A DNA stretch of 64,000 bases from Neoconidiobolus thromboides FSU 785 (GCA_025603075.1 MU626310.1:53038-117037), one strand, 5' to 3'; numbered from the stretch's first letter, positions 1 to 13,784 are shown. Notes: generated from the letters alone by a model not told the origin. Translations and numbers: made by a program.

Positions 1-931
1 TTATAAAAAGGGACATAAAAATCAAAAATCATTTTATAAATAACTAAAGTTTAAAGAGTAATTTCTATCTAATATATATATATTACATACTAAGCTATTA
101 TATCGTGCCTTTTATTTTAAATTTTTGGAAAGTATTTAAATATAGGATCTATAAACTGCTGTATAATTTTAATTTTTGGTTAAAAAGCTTGGCAAGATTT
201 TTTATAATCCCTGTTGTTTCAATATTAATAACATAGCCAGTATATAATATATTAATTTAGAATAAATAATATTTTTACATTTATGTTGATTTTTTTAGTT
301 TTTATTTCTTAATAATTTTTTTAATCAAGTTTTAAAGATGTTGCTTTGAGCTATAGCCACTCTGTAAGTCGATTGTGTAATAAATCTAAGCATTTTTTTT
401 GGAATAAAACTTTTTTGGCCTACTAATTTACTTATTTACTTATTTATACGCTTTAGTAGTAAAGTGCCATATAAGTTGCACTAATCTGTAATTGAAATGT
501 TCCCCATAGTGCTATTTTATTAGTATAATAAATCAGAAAAGGCTTTTTGCTTTCGAATTAAAATCAACACAAACAAGACGAATATGAAAGTTAGTGAAAA
601 TCAATTAAAAGTAATGTGTATTTTATGTAATAGAAGATCTAAAACGCTTTATATTAATGTTTAAATAAATACTATATTTCTATTCAAAGTATACCGTTCT
701 ATCAAAAGTATATACATTAATTGTAAATAGTTAAATAATTCTTGAAATCTATCTTTAACAATTCAATTGAAACTAAAAATTTTAATGTTTAAAATGGTAG
801 TTGCATGTCAAAATAAATCAAAATTAAAAAAATTATGCATATTAATCCTATAAACGTTAACAATTTCCAATAGCTAAACTTATCTCAGTACATTCAATAC
901 AATCATAAATCAAAAATAATTCTTCTAATCT

Positions 932-2204
932 TTACAAGAAATAATTATTAGAAGCAGAGCGATTAGGCACCGTACGTTCATTATCGGGCACAGCTTGGAA
1001 AATCATAAAAGAAGAATCATCCACTTTTTCGTTTTCACTTATTTTCATAATAGATGCTACATTCCCACATCGATAACAGTAGTTTGGTGCTGACCATACA
1101 GTGACTAAATTTTTATCATCAAACATAAATTTATATCCTTCTTGAACAAGTTGATGGGCTCGTGCTATAAGTTCAAGTCCATTAACATGATTGAACTTTT
1201 AAATCGTAAGTATTTTATTTTTTAAATTTTACTATTCATTTACTTCATTCGTAACTTGACCTCCAAATAGCCATCCCGCACCTCTTGGTGATACTGCCCA
1301 ACTAGAAACATGGTCTGGATCTGACCACATTAAGTCTTTTAAAATATTAATATAGTTCGTTATTCTTTAATAATTATTATTACCACAAAAAGCGCCATCA
1401 TGAGGAATTTCTTGGCAACGTTGAATAGTTCGAATTTGATCTAAAGTTCGAATATGTGGTGATAACCCGCCATGGACGCATAAAATTCTTCCATCAACAA
1501 TCTATTATTTTATTTAGTTTACTCATTTTTGTTTAAAATAGTAATATACCGCTGCTAAACCCAAATAATCAAAAACTTGACAACAAGCTTTCCATACATT
1601 TGCATTTCCATACTTATTATGACATTCCTCTAAGAACAATTAGGTATTTATTCTTCTTCTTAAAAATTTATTTACCATAGAATCCATAAACCTGAGTTAT
1701 TTGTCTACTTTCATGATTTCCTCTCAAAAGTGTAATTTTTGAAGGATAGCTATACAAAGTATGAATATCAAAAAACCAACAAAAAATAGTAAGCTTACCG
1801 TGCTTTTAAAGCCATCAATAAACTAAAAGTCTCTAAACTGTAGTACCCTCTATCAACAAAATCTCCCTATTTTAAAAATTCAATTAAATTCCAAATTAAA
1901 TCAAAAAGTTTACCATAAAGATATAATTAGTATCTGGGACTTCACCACCAACTTTAAAAAGCTTCAAAAGGTCATAAAACTGACCATGAATATCACCACA
2001 AACAGTCACAGGTGAGGATACAGGCTGAACATTACTTTCTTCCATTAACAGTTCTTTTACCTATAAATTACTCCTAGCTTAGCGCCTATTCTTAAAAAGT
2101 TTCTTGTTTTTATAATTTACCATCTCACATAGTTTTTTCATCTCGTTTTCTGACAAATATTGACATTTTCTTAAAGTTTCAATCCATTGATCGGGCCCAG
2201 CCAT
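932..2204 (-). CDS. SIT4: PP6/Sit4-type Ser/Thr protein phosphatase catalytic subunit, multi-exon
   Basis: Exons read [77 protein letters not shown] and [18 protein letters not shown], ending YFL. The N-terminus matches Sit4/Ppe1 rather than PP2A. Confidence 0.9.
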
Positions 2205-2299
2205 AGTTATTCTATTATATATTTGTTTTTTAAATTAACTAGGGTTGATTATTATATGCAGTCTAACTAAAATGCTCTTTATTTTTTTAAATTTCAACT

Positions 2300-2470
2300 G
2301 TAACTTCATAAAAAAATCTAAGCCAATCATCACCTCAATTTCTTGGTCCAATTAAGCTTATACTTTAAGATCAAAAGCTTAATCATTGTGGCTAAAAACA
2401 GAAAATAAACCGCCAATCAAAATAAAGCTAGTGGTGAATAATTAAGTCGATTAATTGGCAGTAGAAGCAC
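2300..2470. promoter_or_regulatory. Divergent promoter with four CCAAT boxes
   Basis: CCAAT at 2323, 2348 and 2413 and ATTGG at 2454, between the divergent SIT4 and ZRG17-like start codons. Confidence 0.4.
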
Positions 2471-2540
2471 TAATATTTTCCCTAGTATTCCAAATTTGGT
2501 CAATTCAACTTTTTATTTCGAAGTGAGAAGCTATAATACT

Positions 2541-4386
2541 ATGACTCAAGAAAGTTTCAACAGTTCAACAAAGACAAAAAATAAATCGAATTATGACGAT
2601 GATTCAATGATGTATTATCCAAAGAATACAAAGAGTTTATCTAATGCCTCATCTCGTTCAAACTCTTCATTTAGAAATAAGTAACTTAATATAAACGAAT
2701 ACTTTAATTCCTATTAATTAGAATCAAATAGTAAAAATGGGCTGGAAACAAAAAATCATGAAAATATGGCAAAATTAAATAGCGAAGGCCATTTAAATAA
2801 TCATAAACATAATGGTATTTCACATAATCACTCCCTTGGAGCTTCATTAAACACTCATAATGAGCACAATGGTGACAACGATCATAGTCACAACCACAGC
2901 CATAGCCATAATGTTCATAACCATACCCATGATCATAGTCACGACCATAGTCATGATCACGATCACAATCATAATCATGACCATAGTCACGAACATAATC
3001 ACAATCATGACCATAGTCACGGACATGGTCATAAACATGACCACAGTCACGATCATGGCCATGATCATTCAGAGAATGGGCATATTTTAGATTCCTTTGA
3101 TGGACAGATATTAAATTTACCAAGTTTTAATGAAGCGTTTCGAGATAAATTAAGTTTTTACCAACTTATAATGCGAATTGGCTCCCACCAATCTAACCAC
3201 TGCAAAAGATTACTTCAGTTTACTATACTCCAAACATTATTGGGTTTCTTTATTCTTACTTCGTCAATTTTTGTGGAAAGTTTAGGTAAATTGTTTTTTA
3301 TTTAAAGTTACAACAGCTATATTTTTCAAAGCTCTTGCTGGTATTGGCTATGTGACTATCTTTGATAGCTTAGGACTTGCAAACTCACTTTTAGCAAAGC
3401 TAACGGTCGAGCCTAGTATTAGTGATAGCTCGAACGTATATCCTTATGGGTAAGTCATTATTTTTTCTATTTTCGCTTTCTCTTATATATGACTAGTTTA
3501 AAGCGATTTGAAATTGTGGTTAATTTTGTTACTGTAATTTACGGACTATTTGCATCCATAAATATGATCAAGGAAGGACTTGAGACCTTACTTTTGGGAG
3601 AGTTTGACCATTCTATTAACCCAAGCACTTTGTTCCTGGGTTATGGGTAATTTTCTTGTTTATTCATAAGTTTATTTTTTTTATTTACTTCATAGCTATT
3701 ACCTTTGTATCCCTATTATTATTAATATTTTCGTATATCTTGCTACAATGTTTCCTTATAGAACACATGGTTTTTTTGCTCAACGTAAATTTAATACACT
3801 TATAAACCAATATTTTATCAATATTTATAGTTCGATTCCAAAAAAACAAATCAACCTCGATTAAGCATTTGAAGTCCATCAACTCCTTTATAGTTTCGTC
3901 GTTATTTTTTTCAATGTGTAGTCTTTGTCTTTTAACCAATAACACTTTTGGGTAAAGCAATTTCTTTATTGTATAGCACTCATTAATTCAATTCATAGAT
4001 TTCATCCAGAATTTTTTGATTCAATGATCTCACTTATGCAGGCCATAGTGCTTTTATATCTTACCACTCCCCTTTCAATAAGAATCTCAATGATTCTGAT
4101 GCATACCTTACCTTCCTTTTTACAGTCGCCAGTAAAAAAGGCTTTGAATGATGTAATTTAGTAATGTTCTTTATTAGTTCCTTATTAAATTTTTTAGGTT
4201 ACTTCATTACCCTTTATTGACCGTTATGACAACTTACACATATGGCAAAATGGGTATGGGGAGTTTATGGGTACCGTTCAAATCTTTGCACATGCTAATG
4301 TTAATTTGAATGAAATTGATCCACTGCTATTGAGTTCCCCATTTAAAGGAGTTATTGACCAGTTTAGCATTGAGCTCACGCAGTAA
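2541..4386 (+). CDS. ZRG17: CDF-family zinc transporter, Zrg17/ZnT6-like, with His-rich N-terminus; multi-exon
   Basis: ATG at 2541; intron 2681-2731 restores the frame into the His-rich ORF. Later exons give ESLALAGIGYVTIFDSLG, YPYG-LKRFEIVVNF, hydrophobic helices, ILMHTLP and YDNLHIWQNGYGEFMGT (CDF C-terminal domain). Stop at 4384-4386. Confidence 0.75.
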
Positions 4387-5762
4387 GCTTTTGGTCTTTA
4401 TACTAATATAAGTATGTTACATTTGGTTTTATTCTGAGAATTAAAATATGAGATGATAAATGCATTAAATATTTCATAATAGGATTAATTTTTTAGTTGA
4501 TGTTTTTGATATAAATTTAATGTAATGTCATTATCAGATTAAATGATATGAAATAACCTATAATAAAATATAAAAGTATGTTTCGTAGCTTCAAAATTAT
4601 CATTTTTTTTGTGATAACTTATCTTTACATTTTAAGCTTTTTATTCAAGTTTTAAAAATCAAATTATTTTTATGAATTTAAAATGTCACTATTAGTTATA
4701 CTGTATTATTTTCTTTATTTGAAATAAAAGTAGTATTATATATATATTCGTAAAACCATCAATAATAATATAAACACTTCATACATGTATTCTTTGTAGA
4801 TATAATAATGCAATTTATAAAATAGTAATGATTTATATATTTGGTATTGATTTAATTAAAAAGATCTTGATCAAATTAAATAAAGTAGCTATTTATAGGT
4901 ATCGTAAAGGATTATATTTATCTTTGAAAGAAAGCCACACTTTTAAACCTTATTAAAAATTAGTTTATAATTGTAGAATAATTGTTTTTCCAAAATATTA
5001 CAAGAGATTTAAAGAAATCTTGTAAAGTTCCTTTTAAAGCTTGTTCTTAATATACCTTAAGCAACCTCAACTCTGCTTTAAAAAAAATAGTCATTTTCTA
5101 ATTTAACATTTTAGCCTAAAGGATACATTAAATAATGAATATAATTAGCTAATAAGCGCAATATTGTTTTTATTGTTAAATAGTAAAATATTGAGTGTAT
5201 AAACTGTACTGAAATCTCCTTCATTAAAACAAATATAGGACATAAGTGAAATAGACTAAGAGTTCTATTTTATTTAAGATTTATAATTCGACTTGATAAT
5301 TTAAATATAATGAAATATATTTTATTATACTAAATCGGAGCAATTAAAAAATTCGTTGTTGTGTAACAAGGGTCAGGAACGGATGTTTGATTTGATGAAT
5401 CAAAACTATTATCAAATAATTTATACCTGACTTCCATATCTTTGGGATCTTTTAAATTAAATTTTATCTGATAACTTTAAATTTATTATAATTAAATTAG
5501 TGAATGGTTAAATTAGCCAAACAATCACTAATTGGGGTAATGGGATGGATTAACTATGATCTCATTTTACTAAATAAAGACAAAGTCTATCTAAATTAAA
5601 ACTTCTAGATTCAAGCACAATTTTTACGACTATGCTTATAAAAAGATCAAATTGAAATCATTCTCTCTTACTCCTATTTACCCCACTTAGACTCTATTAT
5701 TGGCTATCAACTTTAACTCAAGATAGTCATAAAACCCAATGCCCTATTAGTCAATTTAAACT

Positions 5763-7292
5763 ATGCCAAAAGAAACTTTCAGCAATTATTATAAAATTGA
5801 CTCCCCTATTGAACAAGACAGCAGCTCAATGAGTGATAACAATAACGAACACGAACACGAACCAAAGCCTTCCAGATTTCAATTTATGAAACGTAAAGGC
5901 TCTACGGATTCTGGTAACAGTAAGAACGAAAAAGGAAACGAAGTTAAAGAAGAAGGGAGAGGGAGAAAGAATTCAATCTACAACATGATAAGACGCAAAA
6001 GTTCAGTGGATAGAGAAGCTGCATCTCAGGCTGTAGATAGGTTAACGGTACCAGAAGTAATCATTTCAGAATCAGTAGAATTTGATGAGGACCCAGAAGC
6101 AGATGTTTGTTTCCCATTGGATCAAGATGAGAGGGGAATCGATTTAACCAGTCTAGAGAAAATATTATCCGGTGATACTTCTTACTCCCCTTTTTTATTT
6201 GATACTTTTGAGTCAGGAGCAAAAAATTATGATCCTTCAATTAAGCAGGAAGTAGATGATGAAAAGAGGTTTATTTTTTATTCTAAAATGACTGGCATTA
6301 TTTCAGTAGCTAATTTTTGGGAATTTGGAGGTTTAGGCGTCTCGATGGTTGATGCTATTAAACAAGGCGATTTTTGGTTGGATGTTACCTCACCCACTGA
6401 AGCAGAAATGAAGGTTATCTCACGTATCTTTCGTATCCATCCATTGACAGTAGAAGATATTTTAACTGAAGAAATTCGTGAAAAGTGCGAATTATTTAAG
6501 CAGTATTATTTTGTTTGTTTTAGAGCTTATGAGCAAAACTCAGATTCCCCTAACTACCTTGATCCGTTAAATGTTTATAATGTAGTTTTCAAAGAAGGGA
6601 TTATTACTTTCCATTCAAAACCGATGTATCATGTCAACTCTGTTTTAAAACGTATTTCTCAACTTAAAGATTTTATTAATGTTACTTCCGATTGGATCAA
6701 CTATGCAATTATCGATGATATTACCGATTCTTTCGCTCCCATGATGAGACATATTGAGTTAGAAGTAGATACGATTGACGAATTAGTTTTGATTTTACAA
6801 GAGAATGAACAATCAGATATGTTAAGGCGAATTGGGCATGCGCGTAAACGAGTGACTATGCTATTAAGGTTATTAACAACCAAACCTGATGTCATTAAAG
6901 CCTTAATTATGCGATGTGATGAGCGTATCCGACACACTAATGGTTCAGATATTAAATTATACTTGGGGGATATTCAAGATCATTTAGTCACTATGGTTCA
7001 AAATTCATTACATTATGAAAAAGTATTGGCTAGAGCGCATTCCAATTATTTGGCACAGATTTCAATTGAACTTACTCAAGTGTCCAATCGTACCAATGAT
7101 GTCGTGGCTAAACTTACAGCTATTGCATCTATTCTTTTGCCTATGAATGTAGTCACTGGTTTGTGGGGTATGAATGTACATGTGCCTGGTCAGGATGACG
7201 AATCATACTATTGGTTCTTTGGGATATTGGTTTTCATGTTCGCCCTTGCTTTCGGGTTTTATCTATTAGTTAAACGTTCTGGTCTCCTTTAA
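5763..7292 (+). CDS. ALR1: CorA-family Mg2+ transporter (Alr1/Mnr2-like), intronless
   Basis: 509-aa ORF with FWLDV, IHPLTVEDI and GLWGMNV (GMN motif) plus two C-terminal TM helices. Confidence 0.85.
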   Translation: MPKETFSNYYKIDSPIEQDSSSMSDNNNEHEHEPKPSRFQFMKRKGSTDSGNSKNEKGNEVKEEGRGRKNSIYNMIRRKSSVDREAASQAVDRLTVPEVIISESVEFDEDPEADVCFPLDQDERGIDLTSLEKILSGDTSYSPFLFDTFESGAKNYDPSIKQEVDDEKRFIFYSKMTGIISVANFWEFGGLGVSMVDAIKQGDFWLDVTSPTEAEMKVISRIFRIHPLTVEDILTEEIREKCELFKQYYFVCFRAYEQNSDSPNYLDPLNVYNVVFKEGIITFHSKPMYHVNSVLKRISQLKDFINVTSDWINYAIIDDITDSFAPMMRHIELEVDTIDELVLILQENEQSDMLRRIGHARKRVTMLLRLLTTKPDVIKALIMRCDERIRHTNGSDIKLYLGDIQDHLVTMVQNSLHYEKVLARAHSNYLAQISIELTQVSNRTNDVVAKLTAIASILLPMNVVTGLWGMNVHVPGQDDESYYWFFGILVFMFALAFGFYLLVKRSGLL

Positions 7293-7541
7293 AATATTCG
7301 ATTTGAAGTTCATAATAAAAATAGCTCTAATATATTTAATTTTAAATGTGGATTATTTTAGTTTTGAACTAATTTTATTGTTCTTAGTTTTTAAATAAAT
7401 TAGCAAAAAAGAAATAAACTTTCAAAATAATACCCAATTAAACTTAAATAAACGTTTATAATAATATAAAATGAAACATTGATACAGCCCCTAATAAGTC
7501 ATAATACAAGCTTAATGGCTTTCATACTTATTTAAATTACC

Positions 7542-9043
7542 TTAAAAGTATATTCTTTTAACCTCTGTAATAGAAGAATCATTAGGACAATAAGGGCATT
7601 TAAAGGTAGTTTTTAACTTTGCGATTTTATGCAATGCTCCTTGAGAGATGACATGACCACATGTCATCATCATTGGTGGATTATCGTCTGAGGCTTGTAC
7701 TTTATCAACTGGACATATAAAAATGGAATGAAATCTCCAGCTTTCTAATAGTTCAGCAACTGCCTTATAAAATTTAAGCTTTTAGACTTTTAAACTTACA
7801 AATCAAAAAGTCAGGTTACCTGTAGCTCATCGATCTCGGACCAACCCGTTGTTTTCTTTGTATATTTCAACATTTTAATCATTTTTGGGTAAGCAATTGT
7901 TCCAACCGTAATACTACAAATGTTAGACTACTATTTTATAAATAAATTAACTTACGTTATGTACAACGGAGACTCATGAGAAATCCCTAACACTGAACAA
8001 AAATCTCTAGTGAACATATACTCAATATCTGGCCATTGGTTGGTATTAGCAAACTCATAATAGGGAGACTCTTTAAGCTGTGGGGAAAAAGATAACATAC
8101 CCATAAGTTTTTGTATCTCTATAAAAAATAATTAAATAAAATTCTCGTTTTTAAACATTCTAAATTTGTACCATTAAAATGGGTGTTGGTGAATGTAGCA
8201 AAGTTTTCTTGTCCATACATCATAGCTTCCATAAAGTTACCCGCTTGATATAACATGGTAAAATTTACTCGATGTAAGCAAAATTCTAAATTGCTGCCTT
8301 TTCGATCCAAAAACTCCCTATTATTTTTAGCCCATCTATGTATAACGTCATTAATTCTTAAACTAAAAGCAGGGCAAAAATATATACTCTATTGCTGGAT
8401 TCAAATTCCTCTGACGTATCTGATCAAGCACGGTATGTAACCCATTGAACTTACTCTTTAAAGCAGAGGGATACATAATTTTAGCTTCCTAAAAAACATT
8501 ATATCTAAATATAAAATAACATCATTTTGATAAAAAAGTACGTGAGAAAATATTCTAGCAGCTTCAAAATACCCTTGACGTATAAAATATTCTGATATCA
8601 GTTCCAGTACTAGGTTCTCCTTTCCTTCATATCCTTCCTCCGTAATAATTTGGTTAAAATCTAACATGAATTTCTATTTGAATGGTTAATCCCTTTTACC
8701 ATAAATATATTAAACTAATTACACTATTATATTCTTTATACAGCTTATTCACATTCGTATTTGCATCTTTACCACTATGCATCACGGCATCAGCAGCACT
8801 AGAAAGAATCTTAATATCACTTTCATTGAAATTGACTACTTCTATATAATTTTTTAGCTTTGGATTTTATATTTTATTTTCTCTCCTACCTCCTTGGCTG
8901 ATGGCATTTCTATCACGAGTCAACTTTTCTAAGATCAGGTCAAGGCTTTCAATAGAGTTTTGAAATAGTTTATCATTTTTGTTGCTCGTTTCTTCAATAC
9001 TTGTTGTATCTAGTAATATCTTAGATTGACTTTTGGAATTCAT
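7542..9043 (-). CDS. RMD5: GID/CTLH E3 ligase subunit Rmd5/RMND5, multi-exon
   Basis: LisH/CTLH-like exons (LISEYFIRQGYFEAARIF, LEFCLHR) and a degenerate RING: FHSIFICPVDK, PPMMMTCGHVIS, FKCPYCP. Confidence 0.85.
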
Positions 9044-9709
9044 CTCTTAGCTGAGGATGAGATAATAATATTTGAAATTGCTTGAACTTTGTTGAAAAGT
9101 TAAAATTTTATAATGAGGTGAGATTTAACCTCATTGGTTAAAATTTGGATTAGGAATACATGACTATAAAATAAAAGGCATTATTTAATCTAAAATAGAA
9201 ATTGGTTTTTAAATAGTTTTATACACTTTTAATACAATTATCTACATACAATAGTGCCGCTTTTTATTTGATAAATAGTGGAAGTTTATTTAAATAATAA
9301 TAAAGTAAAGTCTAGTTACGATGTTATTTTTAAGGTTCACTGTTGTTTAGAATAAAACTACTTTCATATTAACTAGAATAAATTTTATTTACTCAATGTC
9401 CTAATATTAGATATACGATTATATGGCATTTTCATTATACAAAATAAATTTTTGACTACAACGTAATAAAAAACCACAAAAGCAAACAAAATTCAAAACA
9501 AAAAAGCGAAAATTGTATTAAGACCGTAAAGACATAGAAAAAAGCTAAATATATATTTATAAAAATTAGGCTTTAAGGTTGAAATAGGTCTTGGGAGGCG
9601 AGAAAGAATAGAAAATGAAGAAACTTGACTTATTAAATATTTCAAATCAAATTTCAAATAATCATTATAATAAAAATGGTTATATTTTAAAATGTTAGCA
9701 TGGCACAAC

Positions 9710-11792
9710 TTACTCAGACTGACGGAATTTAAGCAAAGGTGCAAGCTGAGATACTGGAATACTTTTTTTAAGGAAGTCATGCTAAAAAAAGGTATTAAAA
9801 ATAACTACTTATTAAACAAGTTTAACTTACAGTTAATAACATAGGCGCAGTAGCACGTGAATTGACATCAACACACAAACAAACGGCTAAAAAGGATTTC
9901 AACTCATCACTTAGAAGCTCTGGATGTTTGAGGGTTGGTGTACCATTAGTAGCAATAAGGTATAATGCTTTAAGTGGTTCTTCATCTAAATAAGGTGGCT
10001 CATTCTCAATCATTTCTATGGCCATAATACCTAACGACCAGATATCAACTTTTGGACCGTATTCTTTTTGCTTAACAACTTCCGGTGCCATCCAATATGG
10101 GGTTCCTACCATTGTAGCACGCTTGGAATGAGACTCCGACAATCTTGCACAAAAACCAAAATCAGCTATAAACTTGTTAGTATATCATATCCTTTTATTA
10201 CAATAAAACCTTACTAATTTTAACATTTCCATGGATATCAAGTAAAACGTTATCTGATTTGATATCACGATGGATGATATTACGACTATGTAGATGTTCA
10301 AGACCTTTACAAGTCTATGAATGATTAATAAAAATCTATTATAAAAACTACAAAAATTACTTCAAGGCAAATTGTAGCTATTTGCTTCTCAGTCATTGCA
10401 TTAGCTTCTATGACATCAGTCAAAGCACCACCTTCCATGAAGTCCATCACCACCCAAAGATCATTCCTTCCAACTAAAAAGGAATCCAAATAATTCACAA
10501 TGTTTGGATGTTGACTCTCTTTCATGACCAATATTTCATTAACAATCAATTCTTTCCTAGGTTGATTAGATAAGTCCATCTCCTTAATGGCTACTTTTAA
10601 GTTGGAAATATTGTTGCGTGCTACATACACAGATCCAGAAGCACTAAAATTCGTTAAAATTTTAATCTAATAATGTTTATGTTTTACCCTTGTCCCACTT
10701 TCTTGATCTTGGTATAAATAGTATTGGGGTCCTTCTTGGAAACAATTGTTTTCAATTTTTCCATAAGCTGAGGCTCGCTTAAAGTAGATAAACGTTGTTC
10801 AGGAGCTTTAGGTGGTTTAGGCTTTGAACCAGAGCCATTTAAGTTGGCTAATGCCAGAGCATGTGGATCAGCTGCAGTTGGAGCATTATGCTATTTGAAG
10901 TTAGAAAATGAGCTATTTAAATAAAAAAACCGATTTACATTATTGTTTACGTTAACTTTAGGCCTCTATATAAAAGATTAATAAAACATAAATTAGGTGA
11001 AATTAAATTACATCAATAAAAAGACTGGACATGCGTTTTGTGACCTCCCCTTCTTCTTTAACGTGGCTTGGAATTTCTGGGGCGGGCCTTTGGGGAACAA
11101 AATCAGACTTTTGAGAATCTGGAATAAGACCGGCCCACTTAGTATCATAAATATTGTTTTTGTTTTGTTCAGTGTAAAACTCAAGAACATCTAAAACGGC
11201 TTGTGGATTTTTGCTATAATCCTCTTTTGTAATTGCTGAGTTTGATAAAAGTTTCGCCCACTCACTTGGAAGTCCCTAAAAAGCTTGAATTTTTTAACTT
11301 ATATTGTATAAACTTAATTTACCGAAAACATTCCACTGGTTGGATCAAAATCAACATGAATTTGATGTACAAAGTCTGTGGGCTTGGATACTCCCATCTC
11401 AGGTGATTTCTAATGTTATTTTAATATTATGCTTACATAAAATAGTAAAATAAAATACCGAGTAAATAGCATCAATCCAAGAATATAATTCATCATCATT
11501 TTTACACATCATGTAATAACTTTTATCTTTTGTAATAATTTCAAAACAGTATGGTTTCAAGTCAGTTCTATTAACAGCGGTGACTTCTTTTAAAAATACT
11601 ATAGCATATGCAAGGCTGGTTTGCTGTAAGCAGATTAGCTCAATATGTTATTTTAAGTAGTGAAAATTTTACTTCATTTCTATGAAAAGAAAGGGTCAAC
11701 TCTCTTAAACAAATATACCGCTTAGACCAAATCCAGGACCTCAACCCTTCTTCCTTAACATTAACGTACCCACTTTTAATTACTTCAGTCAT
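9710..11792 (-). CDS. CLA4: PAK kinase with PH and CRIB domains (Cla4-like), multi-exon
   Basis: N-terminal PH domain ([21 protein letters not shown]), CRIB ([16 protein letters not shown]) and kinase motifs [45 protein letters not shown]. Confidence 0.9.
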
Positions 11793-13063
11793 TTATTAAT
11801 TCAACTCTATTAGGCTTTATAAATACAAATAAGGATTAGTGAAAGTATACAATAAAACTGGCTTTTTTTATCGAGATGTTATTCTGTCTAATATTATCAA
11901 TTTGATTTCATACCTATTAAAGCACAAGCTATATTGTTTTTAAAATTTTAAATTTATTAAAACTAGTTTAATTCGACACTTAATTAACAATTCTTTTTAC
12001 AGTTTGTAAAAGCTGGCTAGCGAATCAAGGATTAACTAATCTCTATTGATTGGACACTCATGTCAGAATCTTCACTAAGAACATGGGATATTTCGAAGGT
12101 GATTGGTCAAGATTTAACATTAACGGTATTTTTATTTATTTTGTTCGAAGACATTAATAAATAGAACAAAAAAATCAATATAAACTTCAAAAGTAGAAAT
12201 TACATTTTAATAATAGCTGAAGTCATGAAATGTCTGAAATTAAATTAAAACGACAAATGAAAAGAAAAGAATGGTTGTTTGAAATGATTTCATCGAGTGA
12301 CAAAAGTATTAAGATTTTTATCAAAAATACTTTATTGATTATTTTAGCATTATAGAATACTATTTATTGATCGTCAGATGGAGTCGTTTATTATTCTGCT
12401 AGGATGATATAATTCTAGTTTTTACAGTTGATTGATATACAGTTACTTCAAAATGCAATTTTAGTTTACTAGGCATTTGTTCTGAGATCGGCCTATTTTA
12501 AAATGAAAACTTACTTTCGCTAATATTTAACTCAAGCTGCCTTACACCAAAAAGTAGCTAAGAGCTTCTTGTTCTTTCAAAGTCAAACGAATAATGTCGA
12601 ATCTACATTGATTTACATAAGTTAGTCTAACAGTTCAGTTCAATTTTTATCAACTTTAGGTTTTGGCAAAATTATGAGTTAAGCATAGAATGCTGTAAAA
12701 TTAATTGCCTTTTTTTGATTAAAATTATTCATATAGAAATGTTTTATCTAATATTTATAAAGGCGACAAAAAGTTTTGAGAAAGTATTAATAACTTTTTA
12801 TAAAAAAAGTAGAGTTAATATACTTTTAAAAAGTTTTAGGAAATTTTTTTTGTATCAAATAATATAAAATTTAATACTTAAAGCTTGGTTGTTTTATATG
12901 AATTGGAAAAATTTTGAAATTAAAGTTTATAATAATCTATAAAAAAAAATGTAAAATATCTAAATAAATTATTTGATAAAATATAAAATTATGTTATATA
13001 ATACGTAAATGTAAAACAATATAAAAAAAGTGACAAAAGAGTTTTTATTTTTTTCAAGTATTA

Positions 13064-13164
13064 GAGGGATGTTTTTTTGCGTTTAAGGATTTTACTAACA
13101 AATTTTCCGCTCAAATAGTGCTTAAAAGATGGAAAGAGTAATCAAGCCAAAAAAAACACCCCCA
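13064..13164 (+). mobile_element. MITE-like ~100 bp element, copy 1
   Basis: GAGGGATGTTTTTTT...TTTACTAACAAATTTTCCGCTCAAATAGTGCTT...AAAAAAACACCCCCA; imperfect TIRs. Confidence 0.75.
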
Positions 13165-13292
13165 TTATTTAAATAAAAAAAATTATTAATAAAATTTTCA
13201 AGTAAAAAAGTATGAAGTTTTGAATTAAATTAAATCAAATTATATAGATCTATATAAAAAAAGGCTTATAAATTATAAAAAATAATATTATA

Positions 13293-13392
13293 AAGGGATG
13301 TTTCTTTTGATTCCATCACTTTTTCTATTTTTTAAGCGCTATTTGAGTGAAAAAATTGTTAGTGAATTCTTAAACAAAAAAAGGAATCCCTA
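13293..13392 (-). mobile_element. MITE-like copy 2
   Basis: Reverse-orientation copy with core TTAAGCGCTATTTGAGTGAAAAA. Confidence 0.7.
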
Positions 13393-13411
13393 CATGTTTA
13401 CTTTTATTATT

Positions 13412-13511
13412 TGAGGATGTATTTTTGTGTTTAAGAATTTTACTAACAAATTTTCCGCTTAAATAGCGCTTAAAAAATGAAAAAAATAACGAAGTCAAAA
13501 AAACACTCCCA
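13412..13511 (+). mobile_element. MITE-like copy 3
   Basis: Full length; both internal CpG sites intact. Confidence 0.75.
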
Positions 13512-13689
13512 TTTTGTATAATTTATTAATAGTAAAAATTGTTTTTTATTTATTTTTTATAATTTATATGATAGTTATATCCCATGCTTATAAATTAAAG
13601 TTTGTTTTAATTATATAGCTTAGAACATACAAGTACCAGCTTCATTCAAGATTACAATGCTACATAAATAATTGTTCTTATTTAAAATA

Positions 13690-13784
13690 GGGGGCTGTTT
13701 TTTTTAGTTTCATTGTTTTTCCGTTTTTTAAGTGCTATTTGAGTATAAAGATTGTAGTAAAATTCTTAAAAAAACACATCCCCA
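13690..13784 (-). mobile_element. MITE-like copy 4
   Basis: TA|GGGGGCTG...CATCCCCA|TA. Confidence 0.75.

Noticed and set aside
2704-3123. Repetitive ORFs (MIM.., MST.., HDRD..) in other frames
   Set aside because: These are alternative-frame shadows of the His-codon repeat.
3685-3960. Minus-strand 91-aa ORF apparently nested in a long intron of the zinc transporter
   Set aside because: The plus strand resolves into two short in-frame exons (GYYLCIPIIINIFVYL..., LRFQKNK...NNTFG) with normal introns, so the ORF is an antisense shadow.
5370-5435. TGATGA...CTGA plus GTCAGG/CCTGAC inverted repeat resembling a C/D snoRNA
   Set aside because: The box spacing is too short and there is no guide or terminal stem support.
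13064-13784. MITE copies read as a CRISPR-like or satellite array
   Set aside because: Mixed orientation, irregular spacing, dispersed clusters, TIR structure, eukaryotic context and no cas genes.
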